Shown: piece after piece, positions 14,108-27,882 of the stretch
How the letters are laid out: every line of letters starts with the position of its first letter
Numbering within the stretch: position 1 is the first letter of the stretch
Source: Eledone cirrhosa
Lineage: Eukaryota
Reading direction: 5' to 3'
Assembly: GCA_964016885.1 (NCBI GenBank)
Contig: OZ024742.1
Location: 116,932,001-116,996,000 of the forward strand
DNA: 64,000 bases
Notes under the pieces: model-generated
What the model was told of the DNA's origin: nothing
Database searches by the model: none
The model's input: the letters and a program-made list of their open reading frames with translations, nothing else
Made by a program: the position numbers and the translations under genes

Positions 14108-15394
14108 CACTACATTAAATAATGTAGATCTTAATGGATTTATGACTATAAAATCTAATGTCTCCTTTTTAAAAACACTAGGGCGTGGTTTGACAGATGT
14201 GACTGCTATCTTCAGAGGATCAACTAAGTGTATTAGAGCTATTTCATTGGCTTGCCATGCATATATGTTTAATATAAACAAAATATTGATGTGCTTAATC
14301 AAACTTAAAACAATTGGCAGATGTGTGGAGTTGTAGTCACCACATATGTGCTCTTTTGATGTAAGGGTTTATGAGCCAGTGATGAAAGGTAATGCAGATA
14401 TGTAAAAACTGAATAAAGGCTGAATATAGAAAAAAGAAAAAAAGAGTAAGTGACCAATTTTTCCCAACATTGTGGTGGGCGAGAAGATTTGATTGCCTGA
14501 TGCATGAACACTGGTTGCATTATAAGATCTATTTGACCAATGTTAGCATATAAAACAGTATGATGTGGATAAGAACAGTAGAAGTTAAGTTCAAAGATAC
14601 CCAATTCCTAAAAACCAACCAAATATATACAGCAGATAGTGTTTGTGTTCATTGATGCTGTTTGAAATCTTAATGCATTTTAGATGTTTATGTGATGGAG
14701 CAAACTGGAACAATTACTTAGCCAGATGTGAATATACAACTTTAGATTTCTAATGCATTCACATAATACAGTATGTATTTATTATTGGTCCACCATCTTA
14801 ATGTAGAAGTAAGATTATAACAAGTTGTGTGTGGTCTGCATAGATTACAGATTTAAGTTATTTCAGCCTATGTCACTATGAGTTATCAGAATGCTGGAAA
14901 AATACTTTGTGACAATTCATCTCAGTGTGCACTGAGTTCCAATCTCACCAAGGTAAACATTTCTTTTCATCATTTGGAATCAATAAAATAACATATATAT
15001 CTTAGATTTCTGTTGTGGTTTAGCCACAGATCCTTCTTCCAGGGTTAATAAAATAGAGTACCAGTCCAATATCCGGGACTTGCAGAATTGTTAAAGCATC
15101 CAATGAGATGCCTTGCCATATGAGAGAGCTTCTCTGATCTGTGTTTAAAATTCATTTTTGCCTATTTGGGTAGTAGACTTCATTTGTCACTCAGTTTAAT
15201 GCCCCGACCTGACCTTTGGGTAATTATAAGGGAATCCACATTGCAGCAAACATTTGAAACAGGCCTCTAAAGTGAGAATACTTTTCTCCCTCTCAGCAGT
15301 CTTGGGGTGCTTGAATGGAATCATGGGCATCGCTCTTTTCTCCGTGGCTAACAGAAAAAAATATAGTTAAGTTGTTTTTTAGCAGGCTTATGAT

Positions 15395-15723
<329 letters not shown>

Positions 15724-15731
<8 letters not shown>

Positions 15732-15872
15732 ATACTTTGGGAGGGTCATGTTGCCAATAAGAAACACACGTGTGTTTCTTATTGGCAACATGACCCTCCC
15801 AAAGTATAACAATATCGGTTTCAACACACGATTTCAGATAAAGAATCTTGCTAAACAAATTCAGAAACGAAA
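15724..15872 (+). mobile_element. PLE-type palindrome+tail insertion, family B
   Basis: Perfect 92-bp loop-less palindrome 15724-15815 plus tail; terminus is homologous to the end of the PLE at 32209-32275. Confidence 0.85.
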
Positions 15873-16614
15873 TATATATATATATATATATATGTATTTG
15901 TATGTGTCTACATTTGCTTATGTACTAAAATTTAATGGTTTGATAAATAGAAATCTATAAAGATTATACAAGACTTGAAATAATAAGTACTGGGATCAAT
16001 ATCATTGACTAAATCTCATCATGGAGGTGCCCCAGCATGGCCACGGTCTAATGACTGTGAAGATAACATATATGAAAGAAAACATTACTTGTCATACTAA
16101 TAACATGGCTAATGTATACTTAAATTTGGAAACCTTTGATTCAGGTATACTATGACATTACTGTCTTTTTTTCTATTCCTGCACTAACATTTATGAATAG
16201 TACATCAGTATCTGCTGCACATATGCGTATGTACACACACATTTATCTTAACAATAATACATATATATGCAAAGATACTTATATATGTATCTGCATATAT
16301 GTATGTAAATATATATATATATACACACACACATGTAGATAGATGCATTAGTTCATGTATACCCAGATGTAAGCACATACATATATGTTTATATGCATAA
16401 ACACATAATCAGATAGACATGCATATATACACACATTCATATACATACATTCAAATATTACACTACTATATGATTTACAATATGGTAAAACAAATTTTAA
16501 AGTTCAAATTTTTATGTCACAAATTATAATAGTTCGTTAATCACATCTAAATGTATTCCATTTGCTTGCCATTAGTGTGTAGATCAATATCATCCATTTG
16601 GGTATAATGCACAC

Positions 16615-16688
16615 ACAGACATACACACACATGTACACACACATATATATATATAAACACACACACATATATATACATATATAGACAA

Positions 16689-16779
<91 letters not shown>

Positions 16780-16870
16780 CATCATCATCATATACATATA
16801 TATACATATATATATATATACATCATCATCATATACATATATATACATATATATATATACATATATATAC

Positions 16871-16943
<73 letters not shown>

Positions 16944-16960
16944 CATATATATATACATAC

Positions 16961-17051
<91 letters not shown>

Positions 17052-17154
17052 CATATATATATACATACATATATACATATATATATATACATATATATAT
17101 ATGTATATACATATATATATATGTATATACATATATATATATATATGTATATAC

Positions 17155-17186
<32 letters not shown>

Positions 17187-17312
17187 GTATATACATATAT
17201 ATATATATACACATATATGTATATATACACACATATATATACACATATATGTATATATACACACACATATATATATATATATAATATACACACACATATA
17301 TATATACATATA
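16615..17312. repeat. Compound (TA)n/(TACA)n microsatellite
   Basis: Directly visible. Confidence 0.97.
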
Positions 17313-18149
17313 GATATGTGTTCGTGTTGTCTATATACTCATGCATGTATATCTATATACATGTATATGTGTGTGGAGAGAAAGAAAGAGAGAAACAGAC
17401 ATACAGTTAGATATTTCATGTTTGATTTTATCGATTTTAACTCTGTATGAAATCAATATCTTTTCAGTTCTGCTCAATCCAAATGATTAGTTCCGACATA
17501 ACAGCTTGACTTGGCATTGCTGAGAATGTGATAAACATTGAATTTAAACAGAATATAATATATGATATACGCATTAGTTATTATAATAGATTTACTTGAC
17601 TGCAATATTGATAAATGTCTTATTATTTGTGCGTTGAGTATTGGATATTTCGACTCTAGAACATATGTTCTAGATTTGAAACATTGTTCAGAGATTATTG
17701 AGGTATGGAGAATTTTTGTTATATCAAATATGTCAAGTGACTATATTGTAAAAGCTCCTTCACTGCTGCCCTGAGGGAAAATCTTCAGTGTTATAATCTA
17801 GAATGTAAATTTAAATAAACAGCAACAATTACTTCAAATCTCAAATACACAGGGAAATGAAAATCTAGTAATGAGATTAACAGATCAGTTTGTTTTGTTG
17901 GGATTTCATTAAATATAAAACACTTGTACAAAACCATCTGTTTTCCTAGCAACAATCCGATTTTAAAATTATCTAAAAATGCATTTATTTAAATTGAGAA
18001 TAAATTAAGTTGATATATAATATATAAAACCTTGTCATTTCTTAGTTTAAGATATTTAAGAAAATTGACAAAATGTTTTTGTTTATATGATCAGCTGAAA
18101 AGAAGATACATTGTTATTTAAAAATTATATTTGACATCTATTAAAATGC

Positions 18150-18810
18150 ATCTCTTCAGAGAGATGCATCCTCATGATGTGGAGAAAATACTTTGCTTAT
18201 CTTCTAAACCCGATTACAACAGCATATTCTGATGTACACGGGGTGCATCTGAGAGCAATGACTAATTTCTTGGAGGCTGAGGTCACAAGAGCAGTTAAAG
18301 AGCTCAGATGTGGCAAGGCTGCTGGGGAAGATGAAATCCAGTCTGAGATCCTAAAAGCCTTAAATAGACAAGGTATTCTATGGTTGACTCGTGCATGCTT
18401 GGTGGACTAGATCTCTGGAAAGGCACCTAAACAATGGAAGAAGGAGTGATTATCCCAATTTTCAAAAAAAAGAAGAGAGTGATTGTTCCAATTATAGATG
18501 AATCTCCTTATTAAGCCTCCTCAGTAAAGTCTATGTTAAGTGTCTGGCAAAGAGATGCAGGGATAATGTTGACTCCAAGCTAGCTGATGAACAGTGTGGT
18601 TTCCACCCTGGATGCAGCACAGCTGACCAAATATTCACACTGCGGATTTCTTTGAGAAATCATGGGAGTATTGCCAAAAGGTATATTCTTGTTTTGTAGA
18701 CCACAAAAAGCATATGATGATGTTCCTGGGGATATACTGGGGAAGGTTCTGCAGGAGTATGGGATTGATGGCCAGCTTCTTGTTGCCTTGATATCTCTAT
18801 ATAAATGCCC
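18150..18810 (+). pseudogene. Expander/Rex3-like RTE RT fragment
   Basis: EVTRAVKELRCGKAAGEDEIQSEILKAL; downstream EQCGFHPGCSTADQIFTL and KAYDDVP in shifted frames. Confidence 0.8.
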
Positions 18811-20474
18811 AGTATTCTTCTTCTTTGTGTTCTTGTTCTTCTGCTGCTGCTTCTTCGTCTTCTATTTCTTCTTTCCTTCTCCTCCTTCTTCTTTCCTTCT
18901 TCTTCCTTCCTTCCTTCTTCTGCCTTCCTTTCTTCTAAGTCCTCCACTGTCATCATGGGAGTGGCATAGTCTGCAAAATAAATAGCTAATTGCAAGGACA
19001 CATACTTTTTCAACTGGTAGCATATGATATTCAAAAATATTCATTGTTTGGACATGCTTTGAGAAAATCAAATATATAACTGGTTACTCTTTGAATTCCT
19101 TTCTTATCTCATACAAGTGCTACAAGTAAGTACTCGATTTTATTCACAGTCTCCCAATACATTTTTTATTTCTTCAAATACCAGCCATGCAAAGACTTCA
19201 AACCTCACCATTTCTCATGGCCAGGCTCATGTAAAATTGTTAATAGGCCCAGGCCCAATGGAAAATTTAGCCCACTTCTGACTGCAAATAAAGTATTAAT
19301 AATAAGTGCTAAATAAACATATATAACTTATAAATGTGTTATAGTACATAGTGCACATGATATATATATATGTATATATAGTATACATAATATATGTGTA
19401 GTGTACATGATGTATATATGAGTAACAGAACAGAATAAGAGAACTTAACCAATTCATGAAAAGACGATTTATCTAATAAAAGTAGACTCATGCCAACTGG
19501 TACACCTGGCCTACATGAAACCATCGCTGTTCTGGTCTGTTCATGGAATATTGTTTTCTTTTTTTTTTCTGCTGACATAGATGAGCCTTATATTTCTAAG
19601 ACTAGTTCCTTACTACTTTTTATATACCGACTTCATCAATGTAGTATCTGCTTCTATAGATTCTTATGAAAAACAGTTTAATAACACATTTTACCCAACA
19701 TCCAAAATGACCAAGTTGTTCAACATGTTAGAAATAGCAGCCACATTTCGCCAAACCCCCCACATACAAATAAAGACATATTGGAAAATAATGTAATCGT
19801 AGATAAACAAATAGTCATGGTGAACATGGTAGGAATGTATTTGAGTATATACGTTTGCTCAGTCTAGATAGACCTGGAGCTGGATAACAGCAGCAACAGC
19901 CAAATTTAGCTCTAGAATCTCAGCTTACATTACTGACAAATGCAAGAAATTGTTCAGTGATTCAGAGCCAGTAAAATAAATAAAGCCAAGGTTTAGCTCA
20001 GATTCCACTCTGTTGCAATACACTCAGGAATTGATTTGACCTCACCTTCACTAAATTTAACAAACTCTGTATCATCATGAGGACATATACAATTATTTGC
20101 CCTGTCAGAAAATCCAAATCCATTGGAGATTTCTGGAAATTACTGGAAACTTTTGTATTGGAAAACTTCAGCCAAAGCAAATTTGCCATCCTTCATTATT
20201 ATATCTTTATATTTTATTTTTGAAGAACTTGTAACTTTCTGAAAGTATATATTGGTAAAGGGGGAGGAAGATGCTGGTAGAAAGAAGAGATGTCTTATAT
20301 AACAGCAGCAACATCAGCCATCAGCAAAACAGGATTGTGGATGCATCTGGTGTATATATTTGAAATTATACAAAATTTTAATTTGTATTTCCTTGTGTTT
20401 TAGAATGAATTAAAGATTTTTTTCTCCTCCTTTACTATAGAAGCAAACAAAAATTATTTGATTGAGTCATTTAA

Positions 20475-20725
20475 CCCTTTCATTACAAATTGTTTAATGA
20501 AAACTGGTGCCTAGTATTTTCAAATAATTTTGAAAATGATATAAATTTGGTGAGATTTATTAATATAACTAACTTTCACATTATTTAAGCTGATGTATGG
20601 AACATAACAATGTTTCTTTCAGATATGTATGATGGAAGTTTTAAGTTTAATTATGAGCACTGTAAAACATGCAGTTTTGAATCATGGAACCAGGGATGAT
20701 TTCATACATTTCTGTATCAAAAGGG
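20475..20725. mobile_element. piggyBac-like MITE
   Basis: TTAA|CCCTTT...AAAGGG|TTAA termini. Confidence 0.65.
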
Positions 20726-21314
20726 TTAAAACGCATATGTAACTTTCTTCAATTTCTAAATGTGCACCATATCAGTATACAGCATATAAGTGCTTGTGTC
20801 TGCTGGAAATGAGAAGTAAAATAAACCCTCAAATCATAACCTAATATTTTACATTTAAAAGAAAACATATACTGAATATTGTAGTCCTAGATACACTATT
20901 CCTGGAAACAAGACATACTCTCTTTGTCCAGAGAAATGTATCTATTTGGGTTTTTTTTCTTTTATATTCAGTTAATGGTAGAAGGGGAACAGTAGCCATG
21001 ACTCTTTTCGGGGATTCTGAGACTATTGAGGGGGGAAGTATCCTCAGAACAGACATTTTTTGCTTAAACTTTTAATCTATAATAAATATTTGCTCTACAA
21101 ATTTAAATATACTTATATATACAAACCTTATTAAGTCCTCTCTGGATTTTGGTATTCATATTTATTCTTACTACTATATATATATATTAATTTCAAATAC
21201 ACCGAAGATTTTGAAATTAACAGCTCTGCATGAATCCCATTGTATTGAGCTTTTAACCATCTGGTAAAGCAGTTTTAATACTCTAGTTAATAATATTATT
21301 ATTACTACTATTAT

Positions 21315-21529
21315 CAGGACGGTGGATTGGCAGTATTGGTAAAGGGTCGAACACCATGCTTTGCATCATAGAGTTACGGCCTTTTATGATGTGAGTTCAA
21401 ATCCCGCTGAGGTTAACTTTGCCTTTCATCCTTATGGAGGATAAAATAATGTACCACTCACGCACTGGGGTGAATTTAATTGACTTTCCCTCCCCCAAAA
21501 TTGCTGGCCTTGTGCCTATATATAAAACC
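21315..21529 (+). mobile_element. tRNA-derived SINE with 17-bp target-site duplication
   Basis: ATTATTACTACTATTAT at 21298-21314 and 21530-21546; B-box GAGTTCAAATCC. Confidence 0.88.
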
Positions 21530-21689
21530 ATTATTACTACTATTATATATACTAGCAGAAAAACCGCTATTGGGCGGTTTTCTGCTAGCACATGTAGTGT
21601 GCATATTGGTATTATACGCAAATATATATATATATGTAAACTGAAAAGTAAACTGACAATATCTTCTTCTTCATCCACTTATTTCTGAG

Positions 21690-22280
21690 AGGGTCCAGCG
21701 AGTCTGTCAGAAGCAAACATCTCTAACTGATCCAGCTGGATCTCAAAGTGAGACCAGCCAAGCTCATGGATGTTATCCAACTATCTTGCTTAACGTCTAC
21801 CTCTAGGTCCCTTGCCGTTTGGTTTTTGCCTGTAAAATGTGTCCAGCGATTCTTTACTGAGACATTCTAATCACATGCTCATAATATCGGAGTTGTGATC
21901 TCTCAATTCGGAGAAGTAGCAGCTCTATCAGGAGCGACTCTCTGGTCTCTGAGTTATGCACTTTATCGAGTAACATTACTCCAAAGACTCTTTGGATGAA
22001 TCCCATTTCTACCGCTTTTATTTGTAATTGTATTCTTTTGGTCATTACTCAAGATTCATGATCCTCGGTAAGAGTTGGCAGGAATACCAAGTAGACAGCG
22101 AGCTTGGCTTTTACACCTACCCCCATTCACCTGAATGCTGACTGCTGAGGCTGGCGTATTTCTGCATCAGCTTTTGCAATTCCTGCACTTAATTCACCAT
22201 CCTGCATTTCATCACTCATGAACATGGCTCCAATATACTTGAACTTCTCTAACTGCTTCAGTAGAACTCCATTCACATGT
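21690..22280 (-). pseudogene. Expander/Rex3-like RTE C-terminal fragment
   Basis: EKFKYIG; LLLRIERSQLRYYEHVIRM. Confidence 0.8.
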
Positions 22281-22489
22281 ATATAAATTTGAGGGACTTC
22301 TGTCCACCCGTCCATCACACAATGTGTATGTGTGTTTGTGTGAATGTATGTGTGTGTAAAAGGAAGGAAAGGGATACTTACATATATGTCTCTAACTTAA
22401 AAACAGTGACACACACACATGTCTCTAATTTAATAACGCCGACAAACTCACGGGTGCGCACATACACACACTGTCCTATTATCACTTAA

Positions 22490-23166
22490 GAGCTTTGACC
22501 CGGGCAAACATCCCCTCAATTTTTGAGCCATCTCAGTTGTCCATAATTGATGGGAAAAGATTTGACGGTCTTACTCTGTGCTCCTGGTCAAGAGGCAGGT
22601 GCCTTACCTGGGATGTCACAGTCAGTGACTCTTTTGCTTCTTCCTACATCCTGTATGCAGCGGTAAGGGCGAGAGTTACAGCATCCGCAGCTGAACGGAG
22701 CAAAATCTTAAAATACTGTGTTCTGTCAGCTAACTAATTCTCCAGCCTGTGGCGTTTGAGATGTTTGGGGGAGTCGGACGACTGACAGCGAGGTTCTTAT
22801 CTTCACTGGTGGCTCGCCAAACAAAGGTAACTGGTAATGCTCATGAAGGCACTTGGTTGTTCAAACACCTCAGCCTCGCCATCACCCTGGGTGTCACTGC
22901 AAGCGTGCTGGCTTGCCTCAAAAAGTATTAGAGAGGTTTCCCAGTGCTCTTCACTATATTGTTATCTTTTGTTCTGGTAGCCTCTTGTTTGTCCACCCCT
23001 TTTGCCTGAATATTGTTCTATGGGGTCTAAGATGTGGGTATTACGTGCTTGTGTATTTTTCTCTTTCTTTTTTTCCTTTCCCTTTTCTTTCTATATATCA
23101 TATTTGTTTGTGTGTTCGTTCTGTAACCTTTATATAAAATGTTTATACAAATAAGTTTTAAAAAAA
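22490..23166 (+). pseudogene. CRE-like LINE 3' end (restriction-like endonuclease) with 3' UTR
   Basis: EPSQLSIIDGKRFDGLTLCSWSRGRCLTWDVTVSD...KILKY...AFEMFG...LFKHLSLAI. Confidence 0.75.
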
Positions 23167-23357
23167 GAGTTTAACTGTGTTGTTAATAAGTAAATAAAAG
23201 GTTATACTTGTTTCCCCCCCCCCCCTTCCAATTCACCAAACGCTGCTATCATGGCTGTATCTGTGTGTTTGTGTAAATGTATATGCGTGAAAGTATGTGT
23301 ATTTCTGTGAATGTATGTCCGTGAGCAAAGTTAGTGTTTGCGCAATTATAGTTAGAA

Positions 23358-25722
23358 TCATCATCATTCATCATCATCATTTTACGTCCGCTTTTCCCTG
23401 CTTGCCAGGGTGGGACAGGTCTTATTCAGCACAGCATCTCTTCACTTGTCACGGTCCTTCGTCATCTCCACCGTGAGCTTCAGCGATCTGAGGTCTGTTC
23501 TCACCACCTCCGCCCATGTTTTTCGTGGTCTACCTCTACCGTGTCTGCCTTCAACTGGCATTTCCTGGCACTTCTTCACCCATGCACATCACATGTCCAT
23601 CCCACCATGCACATCACATGTCCATACCACTGCAGTCTCCTCTCTCGCACACTACATTCTATCCCTCTCAGACACAGTTTCTCTCTCAACATATCCATGC
23701 TGGGTCGTTCACGCACATTGACATTGCACATCCAATGGAGCATGCTTGCCTCATTTCTCTCCAGCCGTTGCATATCCTCTGCAGTTGCTGCCCATGTCTC
23801 ACTACCATGCAGCATCACGCTCCTCACACAGGCATCATATGACCAGCCTTTCATACGCAGGGAGAAACCCTTTGTCAGCAGACAACCCGTCCTTATTCTA
23901 GATACTATGGCCTCGGAACCCCCCCCCCCCCATGCTAATCTGATCTCCTAGGTACCGGAATCTACCCACCACTTCTATAGCACCCACATACATTTGAAAA
24001 AAAATGTGTCTATCAATGTGACTTCTACTGTCTAATTTCCCTGTACATCTACTGCATACGTATTTCTCCCTACCTGTTAGTTTGCCTGCTATCCCGCTAC
24101 ATCTCTTGTGTACCCAGGATCTGCATTGTGTGCATTTTATAGAATTCATGCCAGTTCCTTTTCTGCATATCGAACATGGTCATTTCCCTGACGGAATCAG
24201 AGTTTTGTCCTCTTTTCTACTCATGTCTTAGCTAGGTTCATTCTCAGTCCTCTTGCTTCCAACTGTTGTTTCCATAGCCAGAATTTATTCTCTAGCTCCT
24301 CTAGTGATTCTGCTATAAGAACCAAATCGTCAGCATAGAGAAGTTCCCATGGACAGCCAGTTTTAAACACCTCTGTTATGGCTTGGAGGACTATAATGAA
24401 CAAGAGCGGGCTGAGGACCGAACCTTGATGTACTCCTACTTGTATCTGGAATTCCTCACCAAACTCCATTCCTACCCTGACTTTACTGACAGAGTTTACA
24501 CTGTCCTCACAAGCCATTCCTCAACACCTAGTTTCCTTAGGGACCACCAGTTGACAGATCGGGGTGCCCTATCAAAGGCCTTCGCTAGGTCAACAAAGGC
24601 TAAGTATAGTGGCTTATTCTTCTCTAAGAACCTCTCTTGTAATTGTCTCACCAAGAAGAAGGCATCTGTTGTACTTTTCCCAGGTACAAAACCAAACTGC
24701 ATCTCATCTAGTTTGACCCTTTCTCTAATTAGTTGTGCTAATATCCTTTCTGCCACTTTCATAACCTGATCCATCAGTTTTATACCCCTATAATTGCTCC
24801 TCTCCAGAGCATCCCCTTTACCTTTGTAGCAATTTATGAGAATACTGCTGCACCAGTTTTTGAGTATGACACAACCATATATAGCCTGATTGATGATGCG
24901 TGCAACCAGTTTAGTGCCTATGTCCCTTGATGCCTTTAGCATCTCAGCAACTATCCCCGACGGTCCAGCAGACTTACCATTTTTCATTTCTTTAATCGCC
25001 TCTTGAACCCTATATTCGTCAATCTCAATAGCTGGTCCCTCTGTCGGATCTACTGGGGGTAATTTCTCTCTCTTCCATTCGTTCTCCACATTCATCAGTC
25101 TCTCATAATGACATTGCCAGGCCTCCTTTTTCTGATCATTCGTGACACTAAGTACACCGGCATCATTCTGGACACATTTATCTCCAACTACATCCAGATT
25201 TGCACTGACACACTGCCTTGCAATGTGGAACACCACACGCCTCTGATCTTCCCGTTGCAGAACATTGGCAAACCTCCTACTCTCAGCCTCCCTGCGTGCT
25301 AAGTACACCTGACGTCTAGCTTCTCTCTTAGCGGCTGAATATCATTCTCTACTCCCACCCTTTTTCCAAGGTTTCCATGGTAGTTTTTTCTCTCTAATGG
25401 CCATATCAACTGTGCTGTTCCACCACCAGGTCACTCTCTGTCTGGTTGGAGCTCTGCTCCAGCCACAAGTTTCATCAGTAGCCTGCAGTAAGTTGTCACA
25501 TAAGAAATTCCAATTATTATCTATGTCATACGACTCTAAATCGTCTTTTTTTTCGTCATGCACATCTTGAAGGGCTTTCCTAAATTTGTATTTTAGTGAA
25601 AGGTCTTTTATCTTCCAGACCTTTCTTCTCCACACCTTCCTGTATGTCTCATTCCATCTCTTGCTTACTGAGATATCACTAACGACTAACCTATGCTGTG
25701 GGGTACATTCTTTCCCAGGGTA
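23358..25722 (-). pseudogene. 5'-truncated, disrupted copy of the RTE family found intact at 49529
   Basis: Peptides near-identical to the 1022-aa ORF; (CAT)n tail at about 23358-23380; PHD at 24045-24176; small deletions and a duplication. Confidence 0.95.
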
Positions 25723-26074
25723 CAATATATATATATATATATATATGTCACAGTCACTACTCTCTCTATATACTCACACATACAATCTCTCTTTCTCACT
25801 CTAGCAATTTTATAAAATCAAAGAACAACAACATATGCACACGCACACATATCAGCGTGTTGAAAAAAATCCAAATTGCTTCATCTTTCTCTTTCACTCT
25901 ATCTCTCTATATATAGTATAGCTGTACAGGAATATTGAAATTTGAATTTTTTTAAAAGAAGGGAGTCTTGAACTATGCAATAATATTTTTAATATATGTT
26001 TAATCATGTGTTACGAAATTTAGTTGGATGCAGTCTCGCACACCTTTCTTTATTATAGTTAATATATGTATATA

Positions 26075-26256
26075 TTTTTAATATAGAAATAGCTTCTACA
26101 GGATTAGAACTGTTTCCTTCAGGAGAAAGCATCAGGAAGCCCATGATTTCTCCCGAATCAAACAGTTCTAGTCCTGTAGAAGCCATTTCTATATTAAATA
26201 TTTATACTCTGCTATATATTGAGTACTGTGGTTACCCCCAATTGAACCCGGGATAA

Positions 26257-26260
<4 letters not shown>
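26075..26260 (+). mobile_element. PLE-type palindrome+tail insertion containing a hammerhead
   Basis: Arms about 26078-26128 / 26146-26198, tail with GAGTACT, ends in (TA)n. Confidence 0.7.
26092..26140 (-). ncRNA. Type I hammerhead ribozyme with A9 mutated in this copy
   Basis: Minus strand GCUUC-CUGAUGC-UUUC UCCU GAAG-GAAA-CAG n8 CUG-UA-GAAGC; the other arm retains AUGA. Confidence 0.6.
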
Positions 26261-26291
<31 letters not shown>

Positions 26292-27161
26292 TCAGCATTA
26301 AACTGTAATAAGTATGTATGTTTATAAAACCAATCAGAATTTTCAGTATGATTTTTTTAGAGTTTAAAACTTAGTAACACCTTACAACAGATACAAATAT
26401 AAAAGTACATAAATTGTTTATTTAGTGAAACAATATCAAAGTAGTTGGATATTAAATGGAAATTTCATCTCAAAATATAGACATGGAGACATCAAATCAT
26501 AGATGAACTCCCTACTACGAATATTTTCTCTGTTGTATTGATATATGGTGAATATAATGCTGAAGTGTTGATACTAATTTTAAATGTACAGTATTTGAAA
26601 TAAATGTGTATTTCAAAAAATCTATGATAATGAAAATCTAAGATAAAATGCATATTTTAAAAACGAAAGTAATTTCACTGCAGCAGCCTTCCTTTTCCTT
26701 GGCAGTCATGATGATGTCATCATTGTGGCTTTCTCTGCAGTTTATAACCTATAGATTCAACACTGCTGATCAGACTTTATGTAGAAATCACCATAACACT
26801 TGATCTTGAAACTAGAGAACTGTGCACATAAAACAAAATATGATATAAAGTGTTATGAAAAGCATACATGTAAACGGTTTGATTATTAAATCAATGTATA
26901 TATTGGAAGTGATATTACTACTAGCATATTACCCAGTAGAAAATAGGGGTTTATAATAAAAACATTTAATTAAATAATTTCTTGATTACAACATTCTACA
27001 TTCAGCCACTTATACCTTCAATTTTCCTTGCTGATCCACCCCTTCTTTCTCTCGCCATTGCCATATTTCATTTAACATTTATTTACATCAATTAGAATAA
27101 TGTTCGTCCACAGTTTCAAATTATGATAATTTGTTCTATATATGTCTATCTACCGATTTAT

Positions 27162-27228
<67 letters not shown>

Positions 27229-27283
27229 CACATTGATTTGATATAGATATATATAGATATATATATATATATTTATATCAATG

Positions 27284-27327
<44 letters not shown>

Positions 27328-27337
27328 CACATTGATA

Positions 27338-27378
<41 letters not shown>

Positions 27379-27380
27379 CA

Positions 27381-27426
<46 letters not shown>

Positions 27427-27623
27427 TTATACTTGGGGAGGGTCATATTTGTGTAATAATATTGCCAGAATTAATAACAGAACACACTCACTGTTTGGTT
27501 GGTTTTCGCTTCTGTGTCTTTTATATCGGTTAATTTAATTTATTCGGTCCTCAATGTTCCCATTGACTGACCAACTGTCAAAAATACAGATACAATATAG
27601 ACACAAACACATACATATAGTCT

Positions 27624-27665
27624 AACAAAGTTCTTTCGTTGCACATCTGCAACATCGTCAGTGGT
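27624..27665 (-). ncRNA. Hammerhead-like motif in the PLE pseudo-LTR (left copy)
   Basis: Reverse complement of the motif at 31991-32032. Confidence 0.55.
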
Positions 27666-27882
27666 GCTATTATGTGTCCTCCCGTTGTATTTTATGCCTA
27701 CGCCATCTTTATTTATTTTTTGTCTTCTCTGCGCATGCCTTTGCGTGTGTGTATAGTGTTTTGTTTGATGTGTGTTCGTGTTTGGGTGACTGTGTATTGG
27801 TTATTGTATTCTATCTTAGTTTACTAGTGTGTTTGTTGTTATTGTGCTTGTTGTTATTGTGCCTGTGTATTTATTTATTTAT

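Noticed and set aside
15724-15815. Palindromes as cut-and-paste MITEs or miRNA genes
   Set aside because: Asymmetric tail, variable arm length and homology to a PLE terminus fit retrotransposition products better
16537-17450. Long Y/I-rich ORFs (also near 15.3, 27.1, 36.6, 39.8, 48.6 and 55.0 kb)
   Set aside because: Translations of (TA)n microsatellites, which lack stop codons
19995-20190. Possible host exon or Helitron-like peptide (GFGFSDRANNCICPHDDTEF) on the minus strand
   Set aside because: Contains a stop, has no convincing splice context, and the similarity is too weak to support by eye
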